A stretch of DNA of 22,784 nucleotides, the filler included, from an uncultured delta proteobacterium (GTDB lineage Bacteria; Desulfobacterota; Desulfobacteria; Desulfobacterales; SG8-13): NCBI GenBank assembly GCA_963848135.1. It is 2 parts of 2 records of this genome, joined end to end, with 100 filler letters (N's around TTAATTAATTAA, not from the genome) between each part and the next. Parts side by side here need not be neighbours in the genome. Positions count along the whole stretch, not along the records: positions 1 to 9,747 come from CAWKCK010000016.1; 1 more part is not named here. One strand, written 5' to 3'. The notes beneath the pieces are model-generated. The model was given only the letters and a program-made list of their open reading frames with translations, ran no database searches and was not told the origin of the DNA. The first letter of the stretch is position 1. Each line of letters starts with the position of its first letter. This document shows, in pieces, positions 1-8,510 of this stretch. The position numbers and the translations under genes were made by a program.

Positions 1-79
1 AGATATTCTGGGCGATCATAGCAACCCGGCCATCGTAAAAAAAGACCCATTACAGGTCAACACTAATTAGAGAAAGTCT

Positions 80-1381
80 ATGGCAGACATCGACAAAGAT
101 CTACAGAAAACAATCGACGATCATCTCAAGCGGATTCAGGACCGTTACAAGGCCAACATCAAGGTCTTCAATGCGACCCATATTGGCCACATATCCCTGG
201 CGATCATTTTTCTATTATCGATTCTTTTCCCCTTTCTTTATCTTCAGATCGACAAGACCAGAACCAATGCTGAGGTGGTAAGGCTGACACAGGAGATGAG
301 TCAGAACGAGCAGCGCATCGCGACATACACCCAGGCGAAAAATGGACTCGATGAGCTGTTCACTGCGATCGAAAACACCCCCCGGCCATTGAAAAAATAT
401 ATCGTAGCCCTGGAGAAAGAGGCCACCGGTGGTTCAGTGGCCCCTATGCCCGACGGTCTCACGGGTGATCCCTCGGCCTGTGGTTCTCCCGCCGATAAGG
501 ATTCCTGGATGGCGTGCCGTATCGACCAATACATGCGCCTGAGATACAATCAGTACAGGGAGGTATTGGAAAAAGAAATTACCGCCCCTCTTGAAGCCCT
601 CAAGGTCAGTGATTTCGACCAGTGGAAGAACGACCTAAAAATGGGGACGGAGAGGCTGGTCGCGATTTTTAGAAAAGGGATGACTGCCGATCCGGAATTC
701 TGGAAAAATTTCAATGAAACCTCTCCCCTGTATAAAAGAATGGTCGACGGGGTGCACAGATTTTGGAGCGATAACCGGTTCGAAGAAATCGGGAACAAAA
801 TGGCACAGGCCGCGACTGAGAAGCGAGAAACCGTACAAAAACTGAGCCAAAGACAGGAGCAGATCAAAAAACGCGAAGATGAACTTAACAGTACCTTTAA
901 AAACATCAAGACGCGATTTGGTAAATTCGGACTTGATGTGAGCGATGCCATCCTGATTGCCCCCATTGTCTTTGCCGCCCTTTTCCTCGTTGCGGTAATA
1001 AACCTCGGCGAATCCATACGGTTGCGCAAAACCTTTCACAGGCTGTTTCAGGCCAAGGATCCAAACAAAATCGTCATCACCGATGATCAAATTGCCCTGG
1101 CAATGCCGCTTTGGGTCGATCCGTTGGACCCCCGGCCGAAACAGAAACTGCGACTGGCCGCGTTGATGATACCTGCTCTAGTTTCGATTCTGGCGCTGCT
1201 GGTCATTATGCTCTGCTGGCCGATACAGGATGCTTTTCCCGGTCTGACCACAGTGGCTTACTGGAAATACCTATTTTACTATCTTGTCGCGGCCGGTTTT
1301 TTTATCCACGGATACCGACGAATTCGTTCGGAGATTGTAAAGTACAGTGATCATCTGAAAGAGAGTGAAGAAGAAAACTGA
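80..1381 (+). CDS. Hypothetical membrane protein: N-terminal TM, large coiled-coil extracytoplasmic region, 3 C-terminal TMs
   Basis: 433-aa ORF. Hydrophobic runs ISLAIIFLLSILFPFLYL, AILIAPIVFAALFLVAVI, LAALMIPALVSILALLVIMLCW and YLFYYLVAAGFFI. Heptad-like charged segments follow TM1 and precede TM2. No family recognised. Confidence 0.8.
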   Translation: MADIDKDLQKTIDDHLKRIQDRYKANIKVFNATHIGHISLAIIFLLSILFPFLYLQIDKTRTNAEVVRLTQEMSQNEQRIATYTQAKNGLDELFTAIENTPRPLKKYIVALEKEATGGSVAPMPDGLTGDPSACGSPADKDSWMACRIDQYMRLRYNQYREVLEKEITAPLEALKVSDFDQWKNDLKMGTERLVAIFRKGMTADPEFWKNFNETSPLYKRMVDGVHRFWSDNRFEEIGNKMAQAATEKRETVQKLSQRQEQIKKREDELNSTFKNIKTRFGKFGLDVSDAILIAPIVFAALFLVAVINLGESIRLRKTFHRLFQAKDPNKIVITDDQIALAMPLWVDPLDPRPKQKLRLAALMIPALVSILALLVIMLCWPIQDAFPGLTTVAYWKYLFYYLVAAGFFIHGYRRIRSEIVKYSDHLKESEEEN

Positions 1382-1416
1382 GTTTACGTCAGTGCATCGT
1401 TTGATGGGTAAATATT

Positions 1417-2553
1417 TTGGCTGATTTCATCGTGAAGAAGTACAGGCAAATTTCGTTTTCGATATGCTTGGCGGTTTTGATTGCGGTTCTTTGCGGCTGT
1501 TCTAACATCGAGGAACAGTCATTCTCAGTCGTAAATTCTATACAAACCGAGACATGGGAAGAGGCTGATAGTTTATTCAGAAGTGACCCGCATTGGCTGG
1601 GGGCTGATGACGCCTACTCTATCGACTTGAAAGACGGCCGTATTCTGTGGCTTTTTGGTGATAGTTTCATCGCAAAAAATAACAAACGCCTCAGAAGTGA
1701 ATCTACCTTCGTGAGAAATACCATCGGAATTCAAAGCGGTTATGATCCGTCGAAAGCGACCATTGAATTTTATTGGAAGGGCTCGCAGTTACATCCAGAG
1801 TCCTTTTTCCCGGAGAACGGTAGCTCCTGGTATTGGCCCGGGCACGGCATCAGCCTCGATTCAAAGCTCTTGGTATTTTTAATGGTTATACAAAACGCCG
1901 ACAACGCGCTTGGGTTTGATGCCGTCGGATGGCGTGGCATCATGATATCGAATATCGACTCCCGGCCATCAAACTGGCAATTGACACGGCTGGAAGAACC
2001 GTCGCAAAGTTTTGGGGTGCTCGTGGGGTCCGGCAGCGTTCTACGTCGAAATAATTATATTTACGCCTTTGGTTATCAGCCAGCGACACGGGATATTCAT
2101 GCGGTGCGTTGGCACATATCGGACGTTGTTATCGGAAAACTCGATCGACCGCAGTGGTGGACGGGTCCGGATAGCGGCTGGAAAGCCGCGCCACAAATGG
2201 ATGGTCAACCGGTACCTGTATTCGCCGATGGCCAAAGTGAGTTTACCATTCATTACGAACCGGAAATTGATCGATTTGTTGAGATTCAATCGGTCGGATT
2301 CGGGCCAGCGTGGATTGGGATGAGAGCGGCCGGAGGCCTGACAGGGCCATGGAGCCCGCTTATTCGTTTCTATTTGCCTGACGAACATCGCATAGCAGAT
2401 ATCATGATATATGCCGCTAAAGCGCATCCCCACCTGAATGGCGATGGGTTGGTGCTGACCTATGTGACGAACTCGGTTAAGTTCGATAACGTTGTTCAGA
2501 ACGATCGGATATACTATCCACGATTTCTAACGATGAAATTCAGCCGAAACTGA
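1417..2553 (+). CDS. DUF4185/DUF5005-like beta-propeller lipoprotein (possible glycoside hydrolase)
   Basis: Basic N-terminus, hydrophobic stretch and lipobox-like VLCG-C. Motifs WLGADDAYSIDL, GRILWLFGDSF, VRNTIG, WYWPG, YAAKAHP and YYPRF. Start is uncertain (TTG 1417 or GTG 1432). Confidence 0.7.
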   Translation: MADFIVKKYRQISFSICLAVLIAVLCGCSNIEEQSFSVVNSIQTETWEEADSLFRSDPHWLGADDAYSIDLKDGRILWLFGDSFIAKNNKRLRSESTFVRNTIGIQSGYDPSKATIEFYWKGSQLHPESFFPENGSSWYWPGHGISLDSKLLVFLMVIQNADNALGFDAVGWRGIMISNIDSRPSNWQLTRLEEPSQSFGVLVGSGSVLRRNNYIYAFGYQPATRDIHAVRWHISDVVIGKLDRPQWWTGPDSGWKAAPQMDGQPVPVFADGQSEFTIHYEPEIDRFVEIQSVGFGPAWIGMRAAGGLTGPWSPLIRFYLPDEHRIADIMIYAAKAHPHLNGDGLVLTYVTNSVKFDNVVQNDRIYYPRFLTMKFSRN

Positions 2554-2607
2554 CCGCTTATGATTGAATATGCTTCCAACTTTCTTAAATTCGGGCGGCT
2601 GTTCCCT

Positions 2608-3750
2608 ATGAGAAAATCCAGGTCAATTTTATTTTTTAGCATATCGGTATTTACGCTAACCGTTTTTCTATCAGGCACCATGGTGTCCGCCAGTGGTGAA
2701 ACGGGCGCCACACTGACGCTTGAATCCGTGCCGGGTCGATACGAGGGACATATCCCCTGCGCCGATTGCCCCGGCATCGTGTACGAACTGCTGTTGAGCG
2801 AGGACGGCTCCTACGCTGAATCGTTATTCTACACGGATAGATCCGAACAGCCGGTTGTTCAAACGGGTACGTATACGATCGAGGGTGACGCCGTCGTTCT
2901 CGATAAAAGCGACAACGGGCTGAAGTATTTCGAAATGCACCCGCGAGGATTACTGTTGCGCGACATTCATGGGAAACCTGTTGCCGGTGACCTCAGTGAG
3001 CTGTACATTTTAACGCGCAAAAAAGAATCCAGTGACATTACGTTAAGTAACGCAACATTCATGCTCATGCAAAAGAAGCTGGCCCAGGGAACAGGCTTTT
3101 ATGCGGTCGGAAACGAGCCGTTTTGGTCCTTGGATATAGGCTTCGACACGGGCATGCGGTTCACCTCGCTGACCGAACTGTCGGAGATGAATACGCCGCC
3201 GGGCAGGGAAGACAAAGCCCAGGATGCCGATGTGACCCGGTATTTCGCGCAGGCTGAAGGCGGCACGCTGATCGTGACGGTCTCGAGAGCAGAGTGCAGC
3301 GACACGATGTCAGATGAACGGTTTCCCTTCAAGGTCAGGGTCGATGTAAAGCGCATCGTGGACAGCGATTACACCAGTTTCGAGGGCTGCGGACGATATG
3401 TCATGGACTCCCGTCTCAACGATATCTGGGTGCTGACAAATTTTGACGACCGCGCGATAGAATCAGATGATTTCGCAAAAGATCTGCCGGTCCTCGAGTT
3501 TCACTTCAGTGACAACCGGGTCATCGGAAGCACCGGCTGTAATCAAATTAGCGGCCAATTCGAAGCCCGGGCGGATAAAATCACCATGCGATATATCCGT
3601 TCCACCCGTATGGCCTGCCCGGATATGGCCTTCGAGCAGGAATTTTTGTCCACCATTACGGACAAAACGATGCGGTATACGATAAACAAAGGCCGCCTGG
3701 TATTGAGTGATGACAATGGGATGGTGATGGAATTCAAAAAAGTAGACTAA
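2608..3750 (+). CDS. Exported three-domain protein: NlpE N-terminal domain + COG3650-like domain + META (HslJ) domain
   Basis: YEGHIPCADCPGI (NlpE-N), GNEPFW...CSDTMSD...GC (COG3650-like), GSTGCN...STRMACP (META). Signal peptide runs from ATG 2608; the ORF track start at 2560 is also possible. Confidence 0.8.
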   Translation: MRKSRSILFFSISVFTLTVFLSGTMVSASGETGATLTLESVPGRYEGHIPCADCPGIVYELLLSEDGSYAESLFYTDRSEQPVVQTGTYTIEGDAVVLDKSDNGLKYFEMHPRGLLLRDIHGKPVAGDLSELYILTRKKESSDITLSNATFMLMQKKLAQGTGFYAVGNEPFWSLDIGFDTGMRFTSLTELSEMNTPPGREDKAQDADVTRYFAQAEGGTLIVTVSRAECSDTMSDERFPFKVRVDVKRIVDSDYTSFEGCGRYVMDSRLNDIWVLTNFDDRAIESDDFAKDLPVLEFHFSDNRVIGSTGCNQISGQFEARADKITMRYIRSTRMACPDMAFEQEFLSTITDKTMRYTINKGRLVLSDDNGMVMEFKKVD

Positions 3751-3974
3751 TTTAACGATCTCAACATCATTCGGTTAAAAGTTGCATCATTTTCTATTGT
3801 AATTATTATTTAAAGCCGCATGCGGTACGCTATTTCTATTTTATTGAAAACCAGTAATCCTAGTCCTATCAGCGATTTTCTAAGTAACCACTAATATCTA
3901 CCCATATCTTAGACAGCAATTCAGTAATGCAGAATGGATTCTTTACCCAAGCTTTAGGCGAAAGGAGCTATATT

Positions 3975-5945
3975 ATGAAAGTACACGTGCGATATACAAC
4001 GAGAAGGCATAAGGCAATACTGGCCCTCCTGTGCGCCTTAACAATATTCGGCTTCACGTGGCCGGTATTTGCCGGGGATACAGTAGGATTGCCGGCGCCG
4101 ACATCGGACGCTGAAGGGGCCTTTCCCGGGCAGAAGTATTACTCGCCCTATGCCGGACGCAACTTCCCAACGCAGGTTTTCTGGGGTGACACCCACCTGC
4201 ACACCGGCATGTCGATGGATGCCGGCGCTTTCGGTGCGCGGCTGGTGCCTGAAGACGCGTATCGTTTTGCGCGCGGCGAAGAGCTCACCTCCTCGACAGG
4301 CCAAAGAGTGAAGCTCGACCGGCCGCTCGACTTTCTCGTGGTGGCCGATCACTCCGATAATATGGGTTTTTTCCCGCGTCTATATGCGGGCGATCCGGAG
4401 ATGCTGGCCGATCCGACAGGCAAGAAGTGGTACGAGATGGTGCAGGCCGGCGGGCAGGAGGGCGTCAAGGCTGCCGTTGAAATCATTCAGGCCTTTTCTC
4501 AGAATACCTTTCCCGAGAAACTCAAGTCGCTCCCCGGCAGCCCTGCTTATCGTTCCGCCTGGGAAGAAGCTCTCAACGCGGCCGAGGAGTACAATGATCC
4601 TGGTCAATTTACCGCCTTTATCGGCTACGAGTGGACGTCCAACACCGGTGGCGATAACCTGCACCGGGTGGTGATTTTTCGTGACGACGCCGACAAGGCC
4701 GGGCGCGTGGAGCCGTATACGACCCTCAAACCATTAGGAAGCGACAACCCACGCGATCTCTGGAAATGGTTGCACGGCTATCAGGACAAGACCGGCGGCC
4801 GGGTGCTCGCCATTGCCCACAACGGCAACCTGAGCAACGGGATCATGTTCCCCATCGTGGAGTCGTTTACCGGCAAACCGGTGGATCTGGAGTACGCCAA
4901 GACCCGGGCCAAATGGGAGCCGCTCTACGAGGCCACCCAGATCAAAGGCGACGGCGAAACCCATCCGTTTTTGTCACCCAATGACGAGTTCGCCGACTAT
5001 GAAACATGGGATCAGGGCAACCTGGATCTTAGCGTTGCCAAGGAGCAGGACATGCTCCAATACGAGTATGCTCGCAGTGCCCTGCAAATCGGTTTGGAGC
5101 TCGATAAGAAACTCGGTGTCAATCCATACAAGTTCGGGATGATCGGTTCCACGGACAGCCACACGGCGCTGGCCACGGCCGGTGAGGACAACTTCTTCGG
5201 CAAGCACTCGGGTGCGGAACCGGGACCCAAACGCTGGGAGCACCCCATGGCCCAGGTCGGTGACAAGAAATACGAGGGCTGGGCCATGGTGGCATCCGGC
5301 TACGCGGCCGTGTGGGCCAAGGAGAACACCCGCGCCGCGATCTTCGATGCGATGATGCGCAAGGAGACCTATGCCACCACCGGACCGAGAATGATCGTGC
5401 GCTTTTTCGGGGGTTGGGACTTCACCGAAAAGGACGCGCAAAGTCGCCTGCCGGCCTTTGCAGGCTACACGAAGGGCGTGCCCATGGGCGGCGATATGCC
5501 GCCGGTTTCCGATGGCAAAGTTCCGACTTTCCTCGTTGCGGCTCTCAAGGATCCGCTGAGCGGCAACCTCGATCGCATCCAGATCGTCAAGGGGTGGCTG
5601 GATGCCGGCGGTAAGCGCCAGGAGAAAGTATACGACGTGGTCTGGGGCGGCGATCGCCAGCCGGATGAAAAAGGAAAGTTGCCGCCGGTGGGCAACACGG
5701 TGGACGTCGCAAACGCCACTTGGTCAAACACGATCGGCGCGTCCGAACTGATCACCGTTTGGAAAGACCCGGACTTCGATCCGTCGCTGCGCGCCTTCTA
5801 TTACGCACGCGTGATCGAGATTCCGACACCGCGATGGACCGCATACGATGCGAATCGGTATGACATAAAGATGCCTCCTGAGGTTCCCATGACGACTCAG
5901 GAGCGTGCCTACACATCGCCGATCTGGTATACACCGCAAGGATAG
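3975..5945 (+). CDS. DUF3604 domain protein (PHP-like metal-dependent hydrolase, exported)
   Basis: AGGAG RBS before ATG 3975 and a signal peptide ending VFA. Motifs FWGDTHLHT, LDFLVVADH, GYEWT, LHRVVIF, IAHN, QIKGDGE, GSTDSH, FYYARVIEIPTPRW and QERAYTSPIWY. Confidence 0.9.
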   Translation: MKVHVRYTTRRHKAILALLCALTIFGFTWPVFAGDTVGLPAPTSDAEGAFPGQKYYSPYAGRNFPTQVFWGDTHLHTGMSMDAGAFGARLVPEDAYRFARGEELTSSTGQRVKLDRPLDFLVVADHSDNMGFFPRLYAGDPEMLADPTGKKWYEMVQAGGQEGVKAAVEIIQAFSQNTFPEKLKSLPGSPAYRSAWEEALNAAEEYNDPGQFTAFIGYEWTSNTGGDNLHRVVIFRDDADKAGRVEPYTTLKPLGSDNPRDLWKWLHGYQDKTGGRVLAIAHNGNLSNGIMFPIVESFTGKPVDLEYAKTRAKWEPLYEATQIKGDGETHPFLSPNDEFADYETWDQGNLDLSVAKEQDMLQYEYARSALQIGLELDKKLGVNPYKFGMIGSTDSHTALATAGEDNFFGKHSGAEPGPKRWEHPMAQVGDKKYEGWAMVASGYAAVWAKENTRAAIFDAMMRKETYATTGPRMIVRFFGGWDFTEKDAQSRLPAFAGYTKGVPMGGDMPPVSDGKVPTFLVAALKDPLSGNLDRIQIVKGWLDAGGKRQEKVYDVVWGGDRQPDEKGKLPPVGNTVDVANATWSNTIGASELITVWKDPDFDPSLRAFYYARVIEIPTPRWTAYDANRYDIKMPPEVPMTTQERAYTSPIWYTPQG

Positions 5946-6084
5946 GGCGGGGAATTCGATTCTCAGCGATCGAAGAAGAAACTAAGAATGGCTGGACAGG
6001 TCTGTTTGAAATCATCGGCATCTGCCGGTATTTATATTGGGGAACTGGATTCAGCAAATCAATTGTTCGTTATGAGGGGGAATC

Positions 6085-6561
6085 ATGGGTACGGTGTTTT
6101 CAATCGCAGTCTTCTCGTTTTTTAGTGCAGTAATATCTGCCCAAGCAACGGACAACATGAAAGCATTTCCCCCGGCCGAGGAGGGAATGGTTCGGTACGT
6201 CTTGCAGCTTCCGAAGCAGGATGATGAGTCTGTTTTCAAGGTGGAGCTAATCGTCGGCAAAGCCGTTCAGGTTGACGAAGTGAATAAGTACTTTTTCGGC
6301 GGACATATTGACAAGGAAACGATCACGGGTTGGGGGTATCCGCGCTACACGGTCAAAAAACTTGGTCCGATGGGTGGCACGCTTATGGCGGTAGATCCAA
6401 ACGCGCCCAAAGTAGAACGGTTTATCACGCTCGGCGGCGAACCATATTTCATCCGCTATAACAGCCGCTTGCCCATCGTGGTATATGTTCCTGAAGGCGT
6501 CGAAGTTCACTATCGGACATGGCAGGCCGGGGAGAAAATGAGGACGATGGAAAAGGGATGA
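6085..6561 (+). CDS. eco: Ecotin family serine protease inhibitor
   Basis: Signal peptide; motifs AFPPAEEGMVRYVLQLP, KVELIVGK, GWGY, TLMA and RYNSRLPIVVYVPEGVEVHYRTW. GAGGGGG RBS. Confidence 0.93.
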   Translation: MGTVFSIAVFSFFSAVISAQATDNMKAFPPAEEGMVRYVLQLPKQDDESVFKVELIVGKAVQVDEVNKYFFGGHIDKETITGWGYPRYTVKKLGPMGGTLMAVDPNAPKVERFITLGGEPYFIRYNSRLPIVVYVPEGVEVHYRTWQAGEKMRTMEKG

Positions 6562-6585
6562 CTCAGGGCCTCTTCGGTTGGCGAC

Positions 6586-6632
6586 AGCCCCAGAGTGCCT
6601 TCAGATAGAGTGGGCGGGTTTCACTCTGGGCT
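6586..6632 (+). terminator. Stem-loop downstream of ecotin (possible terminator)
   Basis: CCCAGAGTG (6589-6597) is the reverse complement of CACTCTGGG (6622-6630). The loop is long and there is no immediate U-tract. Confidence 0.3.
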
Positions 6633-6656
6633 CAAAAGCTATTTTATTGGTGATCA

Positions 6657-7265
6657 ATGCCTCCAATGCTTGAAGCAATTCGTACTTATGTATTTGTGGG
6701 ACTCATCGAGCAGTATGGGGTCTATGAATCATCATTGATATTCACCGGTTTAGCCTATTTGACTTGTTATCCTTTCTTTCTGGCCCTGAAGGGCATTTTC
6801 CCTTCAAGGAGCAGTTTTTTTCTCGCGATTTATTGCCTCGTTGCCACTGGTATTGGTTCTTTGCCCTTCTGGGCAGGCCCGGAACTCGGCTTTTCATTCC
6901 GTATTATCTCAACCATTCCCCTATTGCTCTTGCCGTTTGGGGTTTACTATCTTTTTATTATCTTGGACAAAATTGGATTCCTCAGGTTTGATAGACATTC
7001 GCCATCCAATTTACAAGCAACGATATTCTTAATCGCTCTATTCTCCCTGCCTGTTGCAACTGCAGTTGACTGGGCGTTATTTAAGGGCCAATCCATCTGT
7101 GCGAAAACCGGAGAGTTTTCCATACTGCTCATAGCGTTCGGGTTACCCGCCATTGGCGCTTTTATCGTCATATTTCTACTGCTCATTCCGATTGTCGGGC
7201 TGGTGTCAATCGTGTCGGCAGCCGTCAGGTGGTTAACGAAAGACAGGTCAACCCAACCTGAATAA
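6657..7265 (+). CDS. Hypothetical polytopic membrane protein
   Basis: 202-aa ORF with about 5-6 hydrophobic segments; T-rich DNA; no family recognised. Confidence 0.65.
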   Translation: MPPMLEAIRTYVFVGLIEQYGVYESSLIFTGLAYLTCYPFFLALKGIFPSRSSFFLAIYCLVATGIGSLPFWAGPELGFSFRIISTIPLLLLPFGVYYLFIILDKIGFLRFDRHSPSNLQATIFLIALFSLPVATAVDWALFKGQSICAKTGEFSILLIAFGLPAIGAFIVIFLLLIPIVGLVSIVSAAVRWLTKDRSTQPE

Positions 7266-7279
7266 TACCTAAAGAGAGC

Positions 7280-7356
7280 GTTTCAAATTTTATTTGGAGG
7301 GGGAAGCGCTTCATTTATAAGGAATTCTATCATCGTTTGATTTTAAAATTTGAAAC
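7280..7356. repeat. 77-bp segment bounded by a perfect 13-bp inverted repeat
   Basis: GTTTCAAATTTTA (7280-7292) and TAAAATTTGAAAC (7344-7356). Confidence 0.6.
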
Positions 7357-7367
7357 CCATTGGGATT

Positions 7368-7466
7368 GGCGATCTTGCCGCATCTACGGCGTCAAATGCC
7401 ATCCCGCATAGCTGGCTATAGCGGAACGACATCTTCCTTGTATCTGCGATAACCTCGGCAATCGCC
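7368..7466. repeat. Imperfect palindromic (REP-like) intergenic element
   Basis: Outer stem GGCGAT(CT)TGCCG pairs with CGGCAATCGCC; inner hairpin CCGC-ATAGC-TG-GCTAT-A-GCGG (7404-7424). Confidence 0.55.
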
Positions 7467-7644
7467 TAAATTAGGTAATATTATCCCCGGTGCTCCGGTT
7501 AAACGTGCCGCTGAGAGCAGCCCGAGTCGACCGGCAGCCGTCGACACTCAAAATAAGAAAGAAGGTGGAAGGAAGAGTCATGTTTTTGGAATTGCGTTTT
7601 TTTAAAAAAAGGGTGCTGATAAACGCGATAAAAAATATCGGCGA

Positions 7645-8496
7645 TTGTGGCGGGAGCCTCTGGTTCACTTTTTCGTTCTCGGACTGGCTGTTTTCGGGCT
7701 TCAAGCCGCACTGGACCGACAACCTAAGGCCGATGTCAACGATCCCCATCTTGTGGAAGTCTCCTCGGCCGATATCGAATGGATGCGGACCCTGTTCAAC
7801 AAACAGATGGGTCGGGAACCCACCGGCCAGGATTTGAGAGGGCTGGTCAATCAGCTTATTCGCGAACAGATACTCAGCCGTGAGGCCGTTGCGATGGGAC
7901 TCGATGAAGGTGATATCGTTGTTCGTCGCCGCCTGGCTCAGAAGGTGGAGTTTCTGTTCAATGATCTATCGGCCATGACCGATCCCTCGGAAGATAAATT
8001 GCGAAAATTCTATACGGAGAATCTTGCGAAATACGAGATTCCGCCACAGATGACCTTCACCCAGGTCTATTTCAACAGCGAGTCCCGCGGGGTGGATGGA
8101 GCCAAGCAGGCGGTGCAGGATCTCATCAAAGAAAACGTCGATCCTCGTATGGTGGAAACACTCGGAGACCCCTCTATTTTGTCCACTGGTTGCCTCAAGT
8201 GTCGTGCCAGGGAGATCAAGGAACGGTTCGGTAGTGAATTTGCCGGGACAATCGAAAGTCTCGAGCCGGGTGCGTGGTACGGACCCCTTGCGTCGGCTTA
8301 CGGATTCCACGCGGTGTACATTTATGATCGTCAGGACAGCCAATTACCCGCTTTCGATGATATCATCGACCAGGTCAGAAATGATTGGATGTTTGCCAAT
8401 CAGGAGAAAAGCTCCCGCAAGGTCTATGAAGAGTTACGCTCCCGCTACAAGGTCCTGGTTGAGGGATTGCCCTACGATTCCGATGTGAAGGGATGA
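7645..8496 (+). CDS. PpiC-type (parvulin-like) peptidyl-prolyl isomerase of the DUF3604-associated type, N-terminally anchored
   Basis: Motifs WREPLVHFFVLG, REQILSREAVAMGLDEGDIVVRRRLAQKVEFL, TFTQVYF and WYGPLASAYGFH. The true start may be ATG 7580 via a homopolymer indel. Confidence 0.85.
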   Translation: MWREPLVHFFVLGLAVFGLQAALDRQPKADVNDPHLVEVSSADIEWMRTLFNKQMGREPTGQDLRGLVNQLIREQILSREAVAMGLDEGDIVVRRRLAQKVEFLFNDLSAMTDPSEDKLRKFYTENLAKYEIPPQMTFTQVYFNSESRGVDGAKQAVQDLIKENVDPRMVETLGDPSILSTGCLKCRAREIKERFGSEFAGTIESLEPGAWYGPLASAYGFHAVYIYDRQDSQLPAFDDIIDQVRNDWMFANQEKSSRKVYEELRSRYKVLVEGLPYDSDVKG

Positions 8497-8510
8497 ATCA
8501 TTAGGTACAC

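Noticed and set aside
2..70. Possible 3' end of an upstream gene (DILGDHSNPAIVKKDPLQVNTN*)
   Set aside because: Too short to support or identify.
3750..3781. ATTTAAC...GTTAAAA resembling integron attC ends
   Set aside because: Too short for attC, not repeated after other genes, and no integrase is present.
3790..3860. AT-rich Fur-box-like stretch upstream of DUF3604
   Set aside because: Weak symmetry; not distinguishable from ordinary AT-rich promoter DNA.
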